Below are positions 57,385 through 64,000 of a DNA stretch of 64,000 nt, one piece after another; positions within the stretch are counted from its first letter, which is position 1, and every line of letters starts with the position of its first letter. The notes below the pieces were generated by a model. The model was not told where the DNA came from. It ran no database searches and saw only the letters and a program-made list of their open reading frames with translations. The DNA comes from a virus. Lineage: Duplodnaviria; Heunggongvirae; Uroviricota; Caudoviricetes. A program made the translations under genes and the position numbers. Location of the stretch: IMG/VR virus record IMGVR_UViG_3300042401_002002, one strand, 5' to 3'.

Positions 57385-57508
57385 AATCTTTTTTAACTTT
57401 ATTAGTTACTTAATGAATATAGTCATAATACGTTCACTTTTTAAAAAGGTTACATTAAAAACAAAAAAACTCTTATTATTTTTATACAATAAGAGTTTTT
57501 AATATATT

Positions 57509-58069
57509 TTAACCAATTAAACTATATTTGATTAATTCAGTTTGTTGTTTGATTTTCCTTGCATTTGGATAACTATTTGGTACTGTATATTGATTTGCTT
57601 CACTTTCAAGTAATGCAACTACAATATTTTTAGGTATTATCATTGGTTCATTGCTTACATTCCAATTATCAATATTAATAACCGTATTATGTTTAAAAAC
57701 ATTGTCTAGTTTATTAATCATTGCTTTGTGTGAAGTTTCTAACATTTCTAATACTAAAGATTTTATTTTTTCTTTGTTAGTAACGTAATTGTCAATATCT
57801 AATTTCAAACCAATATTTAAATTTTCTTTAGCTAAATTAAATCTTGTTAAATTAAATTCACTTGGTACATTGTTTGCTAACTCATCAATTAATGATATGT
57901 TTTTACTTGTTAAGGTTGTTATAAGTATATGATTATAGCAAACATAATAAGAAATATTTTTGATTGCTACGTACATAGCAAAGTTACCATTTTGGTAAAA
58001 AGGTTTTGAGTTAACCTCAATATAAACTAAATTATTGGGTTGTGATTCAAATGTATTTAGAATTTTCAT
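57509..58069 (-). CDS. Hypothetical protein
   Basis: 186-aa ORF. Confidence 0.5.
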   Translation of the reverse strand: MKILNTFESQPNNLVYIEVNSKPFYQNGNFAMYVAIKNISYYVCYNHILITTLTSKNISLIDELANNVPSEFNLTRFNLAKENLNIGLKLDIDNYVTNKEKIKSLVLEMLETSHKAMINKLDNVFKHNTVINIDNWNVSNEPMIIPKNIVVALLESEANQYTVPNSYPNARKIKQQTELIKYSLIG

Positions 58070-58153
58070 AGTCTTTATTGTTTATCTTATTAAACTTAAT
58101 ACTTATACTGAATATCTTATTAAAAGGTTGCGTTTATACACCATATTTTAATA

Positions 58154-58519
58154 TTAATTTTGCAACCAATTAGTATAATTATACTTTGTTAAGTGTGTTA
58201 CAGTGTAATTATCTTTTTTTAGATTGTTTACAAGTTCTTCTTTTACTAATTCAGTTTTATAGCCTACACAAATTTTAGAACTATCTTTGTGCAATCTATA
58301 ACCTATATAACCTATATTTGTATCGTTTTCAATTTCTTGTTTGATACGTTCCTGTTTTTCAATTTCAGCTAATTTATTTTGTTCTTCTTTAAGTTCCTTT
58401 AATCTATTTTGTTCAATTAAAGATTGTTTGATACGTTCTTGCATATCAATATTATATTGAATAGTATTCAAGCGAACTAATTCGTTATGTTTTTCGATTG
58501 TATCTGCTAATAATTTCAT
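58154..58519 (-). CDS. Coiled-coil-containing hypothetical protein
   Basis: E/K/Q-rich heptads in the N-terminal half. Confidence 0.45.
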   Translation of the reverse strand: MKLLADTIEKHNELVRLNTIQYNIDMQERIKQSLIEQNRLKELKEEQNKLAEIEKQERIKQEIENDTNIGYIGYRLHKDSSKICVGYKTELVKEELVNNLKKDNYTVTHLTKYNYTNWLQN

Positions 58520-58572
58520 AATCTTGGTAGTTAAACTTAGTACTTTTACGTTTACTTTAATATAAAGTTGTG

Positions 58573-58896
58573 TTATTTAGATTTATTTTCAAAATAATCT
58601 TTTTTAATATGTAATAAACCTAAACAAAAATTTGATTCAATACTATACAAATCTAATAACCTATTAAAATATTTATATGTTGGTTTGTATCTTAATTCCC
58701 AATTGGTATGTTGACCTGTGTACATTTGTATTAAATCAACATGGTTACCGTTTTTATCAGTAAAAGAACTTGAACCCATACAACACGTATAACTAACTAA
58801 ATTAGTGTGTTTCTTTAGTATCTTTACAACTTCTTTAATTATTTCATTTTCCAAAATTTCAAGATATTTTTCTCTTGCTTTTAAAATGTTTTTCAT
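58573..58896 (-). CDS. Hypothetical protein
   Basis: 107-aa ORF. Confidence 0.45.
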   Translation of the reverse strand: MKNILKAREKYLEILENEIIKEVVKILKKHTNLVSYTCCMGSSSFTDKNGNHVDLIQMYTGQHTNWELRYKPTYKYFNRLLDLYSIESNFCLGLLHIKKDYFENKSK

Positions 58897-59020
58897 AGTC
58901 TTTATTGTTTAAATATACTACTTATACGCTAGGTTTCAAACAAAGTTTCAATATTTACCTATTATTTTCAAAATAAAAACCTTAACTATTAAATTAATAA
59001 TTAAGGTTTTTGTATTTAGT

Positions 59021-59734
59021 TTATAAACTTAAAAACGTTTCTAAGTCTTTTTTGCCTGTGTGTATAATCTTTTCAGTTACATAACCGTTTTGTGAAATTT
59101 CAAATCTATATTCATGGTTTACTTTAGTAATATAACCGTTTGTAAACGAATAAGGGTTATTAATATTAGTACTATTAAGATAATAATCTTTTTTATCTAA
59201 ACCTTTTACTATATCTAGTATTTTGGTTTTAAATTGGTTGATTGTATCTAAGTTTTTGTTGTTTTCAATTGTTAATGCTTCATGCAATGTTAAAGCATTT
59301 TCAAAGAGTTCAATTAGTTTTTTTCTTGTTGGTTTGATTACTTTGTTTAAAGATTTGATTGAATTACTTTTATACAAGTCTGTTTCAATTTTATCTTTGT
59401 CATAGGTTGATACATTGTTATAGTGTTGATAGGTATGTATTAAATAACCGTATCTTGTGTTATGTGATTGATAACCTAAACAAAAATCAATGTTTGTTTT
59501 GTCTTGTTTGAAAACTAAATAACTTCTTTCAAAATAAATTTCCTTTTCGTATTCTTTTTTAAAATCGTTATAGTTTTGATTTAATTGTACTTTAATTTCA
59601 AACAAATCTAATAAGTTTAATTCTTTTAGTTGTTTGTATGCTTGTGGCATAAAACGTTCATTTAAAATCAAATCAATAGTTAATACTTGAGTATTACATA
59701 AAGCGATTGCATCTTGGATTGAATAAAGTTTCAT
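59021..59734 (-). CDS. Hypothetical protein
   Basis: 237-aa ORF. Confidence 0.5.
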   Translation of the reverse strand: MKLYSIQDAIALCNTQVLTIDLILNERFMPQAYKQLKELNLLDLFEIKVQLNQNYNDFKKEYEKEIYFERSYLVFKQDKTNIDFCLGYQSHNTRYGYLIHTYQHYNNVSTYDKDKIETDLYKSNSIKSLNKVIKPTRKKLIELFENALTLHEALTIENNKNLDTINQFKTKILDIVKGLDKKDYYLNSTNINNPYSFTNGYITKVNHEYRFEISQNGYVTEKIIHTGKKDLETFLSL

Positions 59735-59801
59735 AGTCTTAATATTTTAAGTTTTTAAATATACTTCTTTAACGTGCAAAGTTTTAAAAGGTTGCGTTTT
59801 T

Positions 59802-60113
59802 CTAAGAAATATTTATAATACTTTCAATATCTTTTGCTTGTGAAACATTGTAAATCCATTGTGCTACCTCATTAGGTTTTACCCAACCTTTTACCATGCC
59901 ACTACCAACAAATTGAAATTCTTTATTGTCTTTATCCCAAATACAAATTTCAGCGTTTTCACATGATGTTATTTCTTTTTCAGAATAACCGTCATAACCA
60001 ATATTTTGTTTATTTTTATTAGCACAATCGTTACCTTTTCCGTATTGTACTGAAATTGTTATGCCGTTTTCAAAAGTAATTTGAAAACCTTTATTGTCGG
60101 TTGATTTGAACAT
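59802..60113 (-). CDS. Hypothetical protein
   Basis: 103-aa ORF. Confidence 0.45.
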   Translation of the reverse strand: MFKSTDNKGFQITFENGITISVQYGKGNDCANKNKQNIGYDGYSEKEITSCENAEICIWDKDNKEFQFVGSGMVKGWVKPNEVAQWIYNVSQAKDIESIINIS

Positions 60114-60138
60114 AGTCTTTATTGTTTAAATATACAGT

Positions 60139-60169
60139 CTTTTACGCTTACTTTTTAATAAAGTTACGT
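60139..60169 (-). promoter_or_regulatory. Class-B promoter variant (minus: cgtaactttattaaaaAGTAAGCGTAAAAG)
   Basis: Motif family, GTAAGCGTAAAAG subtype. Confidence 0.45.
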
Positions 60170-60174
60170 TTTTA

Positions 60175-60513
60175 TTAAACTAATTTATTTAATTTTTTAA
60201 CTGTTTGTTTTAAATGTTTATGATAATCTTTAAAATCTTTTAAAGATTCAGAAATTGTAAAAACAGTTTTGTATCTTGGGTCTTGTCTATGTAAATCAAT
60301 TTCTTCATCTATATCAAAATCATTGACTTGTTCAATAAATGATTCTTTGGTAAATGGTTGTAAACATAAAACCATATCTACACCACCATTTGTCCACATT
60401 TCAACTTCTGCATTGATTTTATTATCTTGTTCAAATAAATGAACTTGATAACCTTCATTTTCAAAGAAGTCTTTTAATATTTCGATTGATAATTCTTTAT
60501 TGATAGTTTTCAT
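60175..60513 (-). CDS. Hypothetical acidic protein
   Basis: 112-aa ORF. Confidence 0.45.
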   Translation of the reverse strand: MKTINKELSIEILKDFFENEGYQVHLFEQDNKINAEVEMWTNGGVDMVLCLQPFTKESFIEQVNDFDIDEEIDLHRQDPRYKTVFTISESLKDFKDYHKHLKQTVKKLNKLV

Positions 60514-60587
60514 AATCTTAATATTTTTAACTTTGTTAGTTATTGAACTTGTTACCTTTTACGCTTACTTTTATAAAAGGTTGCGTT

Positions 60588-60890
60588 TTAGCTAAAATAA
60601 ATTTCTAATTCGTTCCCACCTAAAGAATAACAATCAGTCATTTGTACTATTCTAAACTCTTTATTTGTTGGGTTGTTTAAATCCTTAATTAAATTGTTTA
60701 TAGTTGTACAAAGTGTATCATCTTTGCTAAATTTAAACCAAATTTCTTTTGTTGGTTCAACTTCTTTCATACCTATATTATTTTCCATATTAAGTAAACC
60801 ATTTTCTAGTTCACTAATATTTATTTGTTCTTTTACAAATTTGAAAAACAAATTTTCACAATAGAAACGGTACTCAATTAGATTTTTCAT
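60588..60890 (-). CDS. Hypothetical protein
   Basis: 100-aa ORF. Confidence 0.45.
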   Translation of the reverse strand: MKNLIEYRFYCENLFFKFVKEQINISELENGLLNMENNIGMKEVEPTKEIWFKFSKDDTLCTTINNLIKDLNNPTNKEFRIVQMTDCYSLGGNELEIYFS

Positions 60891-60922
60891 AGTCTTAATA
60901 TTTTAAGTTTTTAAATATAGTT

Positions 60923-60952
60923 CTTATACTCTTAAACTGTTAATAAGGTTGC
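60923..60952 (-). promoter_or_regulatory. Class-B promoter (minus: gcaaccttattaacagTTTAAGAGTATAAG)
   Basis: Motif family. Confidence 0.5.
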
Positions 60953-60970
60953 ATTATTTAAGAAATATTT

Positions 60971-61285
60971 TTAGTCAAATTTTAAGATATACATATAATA
61001 ACCAATATTAGGAAATTCATAGTTACCAATATTAGGTTTATATGATTCAGCGAATTGATTATATAATTCAACAAATTTACTTTTAGCTTGGTTAATATCA
61101 GTAAACATAAAATCAAAGTTTCTATACTTTTTTGCATCAAAATAGGTAACTTCAAATTCTGTTCCAACATTAGGGTAAATATTACCTATTTGTAATTTAA
61201 TATCGGGTTTACTAGTATTGTTACCAAAATTAATAGTAAAATTTTGTGATTCAGTATTAAACTCAATATCTTTTAAGACTTTCAT
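60971..61285 (-). CDS. Hypothetical protein
   Basis: 104-aa ORF. Confidence 0.45.
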   Translation of the reverse strand: MKVLKDIEFNTESQNFTINFGNNTSKPDIKLQIGNIYPNVGTEFEVTYFDAKKYRNFDFMFTDINQAKSKFVELYNQFAESYKPNIGNYEFPNIGYYMYILKFD

Positions 61286-61365
61286 AATCTTTGTTGTTTA
61301 GTTAATCAATATGTAGTCTTATACTCTTAAAGTTGGTATAAGGTTGCGTTATTTAAGAAATATTT

Positions 61366-61563
61366 TTAAAATTCTTTTTTATAACCTTCTTTATTTAATA
61401 ACTCAATAAAATTATTAAACAATACTTTACTTTTGTAAATTTGAATATCGTAAAATTTAGAGTTATCAGTATGTAATTTAATACCATTATGATAATTAAC
61501 TAAATATTTCACCTTACCTACATTGTATTGTACGTTATAGGTTTTATTAAGTGTGTTACTCAT
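61366..61563 (-). CDS. Hypothetical small protein
   Basis: 65-aa ORF. Confidence 0.4.
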   Translation of the reverse strand: MSNTLNKTYNVQYNVGKVKYLVNYHNGIKLHTDNSKFYDIQIYKSKVLFNNFIELLNKEGYKKEF

Positions 61564-61567
61564 AATA

Positions 61568-61774
61568 TTAATTATAGTAAGTTGTTAATATTGGTACTTC
61601 ACTTTTTATATTACTTCTTTTTAGAAAAATCAAATCGCAAATTTTTTGATTCAAAGTACAATCTGTAAATGTATTTACAATGCCAATATTTGTTTTGTTG
61701 TTAAACATAAAATCGGCTTCTTGCACTTGTAATTCTGTTTCAATTTTCGATAATACTTTATTGATAGTTTTCAT
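61568..61774 (-). CDS. Hypothetical small protein
   Basis: 68-aa ORF. Confidence 0.4.
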   Translation of the reverse strand: MKTINKVLSKIETELQVQEADFMFNNKTNIGIVNTFTDCTLNQKICDLIFLKRSNIKSEVPILTTYYN

Positions 61775-62009
61775 AATATTATAATCAGTTTAACCAATTA
61801 ACTGAAAAGGTTTATAATAATGAAGTAGTTATTAATTCAAATTTTACATTGTTAGCATCAAGTAAATCAGTATATATATTTACTTCATAATTTGAGAAAC
61901 AAGTAAATTTTACTTTACCGTTTACAATAAATTCATATTTATTACTTGGCATATTGTTAATATTTTAAAGTTAGTATTAATACGTTTACTTTTAAACAAA
62001 GTTGCGTTT

Positions 62010-62324
62010 TTACCAAACTATTTTAGCTTTTTTCTTAACTACTAAATTATAACCAATACTTGTTAATTCATTGAATAATTCTTTGTATTCGGATTCAATA
62101 CAAGGTTTTGATTCTTTAACACAATGATAATAGTCAGCTTCACTATGTTGACCTATGTGCATATAACTCATTACCATATAGGTAAGAGTATTTTTTTGTG
62201 TAGGAAATAAAGCAATAATTTCGTTTGTATCTTTGAATTTTCTGAATACTACATTGGTTTTTTCAGTATCTTGACTAGTTAAATCATTGTAAGTATCTTG
62301 GAAAATTTCTGAAAAGGTTTGCAT
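62010..62324 (-). CDS. Hypothetical protein
   Basis: 104-aa ORF. Confidence 0.45.
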   Translation of the reverse strand: MQTFSEIFQDTYNDLTSQDTEKTNVVFRKFKDTNEIIALFPTQKNTLTYMVMSYMHIGQHSEADYYHCVKESKPCIESEYKELFNELTSIGYNLVVKKKAKIVW

Positions 62325-62376
62325 AATCTTGGTTATTTAGGTTAATATTGAAATATAGTATTAATACGTTAACAAC

Positions 62377-62580
62377 TTACAAAAGGTTGTGTTTTTGTTT
62401 CAATTCTTTTATAACTTTTTGAGAATAATCTCTATCTTCTTTACTAGTCCTATGGTTAGGTATTTCAACCTTTTCAATAGTAATGTATTGTCTAACATTA
62501 TTAACAATACAATTTTGTTTTACACTTACAGCAAATGGATTACTTACAGTTCCACTTACAAATATTTCTTTGGTTGACAT
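62377..62580 (-). CDS. Hypothetical small protein
   Basis: 67-aa ORF. Confidence 0.4.
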   Translation of the reverse strand: MSTKEIFVSGTVSNPFAVSVKQNCIVNNVRQYITIEKVEIPNHRTSKEDRDYSQKVIKELKQKHNLL

Positions 62581-62638
62581 AATCTTTATTGTTTAAATAT
62601 ACAGTTTTTTACGATAGGTTTTTAATAAGGTTGCGTTT

Positions 62639-62860
62639 TTAGTTATTTATTTTCTGTAAATTAAAAGGTATTGCATCTAAACCATATTCAAACGTATAAC
62701 CTAATATTTCAAGTTCCTTAAGCATATTCGCTAAGTCTGAATAATTTAAACCTGTATCGGTATCAATTAATTGATATTTTTCAATGATTACTTTTACCTC
62801 AATAGGTAACAAATCTAAATCCCAAAACAAATCATTTTCTGAATTATATTCAAGTTCCAT
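62639..62860 (-). CDS. Hypothetical small acidic protein
   Basis: 73-aa ORF. Confidence 0.4.
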   Translation of the reverse strand: MELEYNSENDLFWDLDLLPIEVKVIIEKYQLIDTDTGLNYSDLANMLKELEILGYTFEYGLDAIPFNLQKINN

Positions 62861-62884
62861 AATCTTAATATTTTAAAGTTAGTT

Positions 62885-62914
62885 CTTATACTCTTAAACT
62901 GTTAATAAGGTTAC
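62885..62914 (-). promoter_or_regulatory. Class-B promoter (minus: tgtaaccttattaacagTTTAAGAGTATAAG)
   Basis: Motif family. Confidence 0.5.
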
Positions 62915-62919
62915 AATAA

Positions 62920-63231
62920 TTAATAATTATTTTTCAAACTTTTTAAGAAACTATACATTTCAGTTAATTCTGTTTCAGCATCAAAGTTTTTTAACTCATT
63001 GTCAATATTGCCGTTTTCATTTGAAATTCTATTAAGATAACATACATTATAAGTACAGTCATCAATGACAATAAATGTACCTTCATAATTACTACCTTTT
63101 ACGCTCCAAACATCTAAACCACCCCAATCAGCACCAAAACGGTTACTTACTCTTTTACCTAACACACTACTAATTAATTCAACTAAGTAAGCGTTGTAAT
63201 TAGGATAATTTTCTTCATTGTATAATAACAT
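62920..63231 (-). CDS. Hypothetical protein (last gene of the minus-strand cluster)
   Basis: 103-aa ORF. Confidence 0.45.
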   Translation of the reverse strand: MLLYNEENYPNYNAYLVELISSVLGKRVSNRFGADWGGLDVWSVKGSNYEGTFIVIDDCTYNVCYLNRISNENGNIDNELKNFDAETELTEMYSFLKSLKNNY

Positions 63232-63481
63232 AATATTGATTGTTTAAATTTAGTATTAATACGTTAATAACTTGTACTAGGTTACACTATACAAGATAAT
63301 TATTGTTTATTTCCTTTTATAAGTACGTTCTCATTTTGGCAAAATGTTATTATTCAGTTAGTTATAAATTATTTTAAAAATATAACCAATTGTATGTAAC
63401 CTTTTATAAGTTTTCAATGTATAAGGTACTATATTAATCAACAAATTAATTCTTTTCTGTTATTAGATTAAACAGTATTAC

Positions 63482-63631
63482 AAGTATATGAAAATAATTT
63501 TAATTAGTATCGCAATTATAACAACTATTTCCAGTTGTTCACGTATTAATACCAACGAAAGTCAAATGACAGGAAATAACTTAAAAGGTATTTCTTTTGA
63601 TTATTCAAAAATTAATGATTTTGTTCAAAAA
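63482..63631 (+). CDS. 49-aa lipoprotein-like peptide
   Basis: MKIILISIAIITTISSC lipobox; under the track cutoff. Confidence 0.3.
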
Positions 63632-63702
63632 TAACTAATAATTTTTGCAACCTTATTAAATTAATTTCGTTAAAGATAGAGTATTAAGTTAAACAATTTA
63701 AA

Positions 63703-64000
63703 TATTAAGATTATGGGTTACACAGGTGTATATTTGCAAAGTAGTGAAGAGCCAAAACAATGGCTTAAAAATGAATTTAATTATGATTATTCAAAAAATC
63801 ATAATGTATTAGAAATTAAGGTTAATGCTGATAACGGTTATGTTTTATTAGAAAACAAAAAGGTTGATAGTGTTTATTTTGGAACTGTTTTCTTAATGGT
63901 ATTCAATTGGAGTTTTGATAAAAAAACTAGGGAATTGGTTTACAAAGAAATGAGTGAGTTTGATGGTGCGTATGGTAATTTTAAAGTTACTAAGGCAGTA
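63703..64000 (+). CDS. Hypothetical protein, 3'-truncated by the window edge
   Basis: ORF MGYTGVYLQSSEEPKQW... runs off the end. Confidence 0.35.

Overview
This window is AT-rich (about 30% GC) and reads as phage DNA with Bacteroidetes-style expression signals (TAnnTTTG -7 boxes, no Shine-Dalgarno). From 0 to 25 kb it carries a virion and packaging module: S/T/N-rich fibre-like proteins, a beta-helix tail spike, a 1375-aa virion protein, the large terminase, a 930-aa multi-HTH protein and a 983-aa ParB/Nudix protein. An accessory islet at 11-14 kb, inside that module, holds a frameshifted DNA methyltransferase, a small tyrosine recombinase and a GT25 glycosyltransferase. From 25 to 36 kb there is a plus-strand block of mid-size genes (M15 endolysin, MazG-like protein, thymidylate-synthase-family protein, SPFH lipoprotein, metallophosphoesterase), and most carry a conserved promoter. 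At 36.6-38.6 kb sits an IS607-type insertion (serine recombinase tnpA plus tnpB) with its 3' omega-RNA-like right end. A second, inverted copy of that 125-bp right end is inserted into a tandem array of overlapping mini-genes. These mini-genes form a family of about 26 copies at 5 loci, each roughly 43 codons (MKLxI...W-x-N-x-I-x-I-Y-x-R, mostly joined by ATGA stop/start overlaps). I consider this family the most unusual feature here. From 43.7 to 49 kb the sequence is repeat-dense: iteron-like repeats, a GC-rich island, 0.5-kb inverted repeats with TATACATTGTT iterons around a 2-kb segment, and palindromic elements. From 49.7 to 63.3 kb about 30 consecutive small minus-strand genes each have a copy of a second conserved promoter/5'UTR module. 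A tRNA-like 3' fragment at about 32.6 kb could be an attachment core. All calls come from reading the sequence and the ORF translations. No database searches were run.
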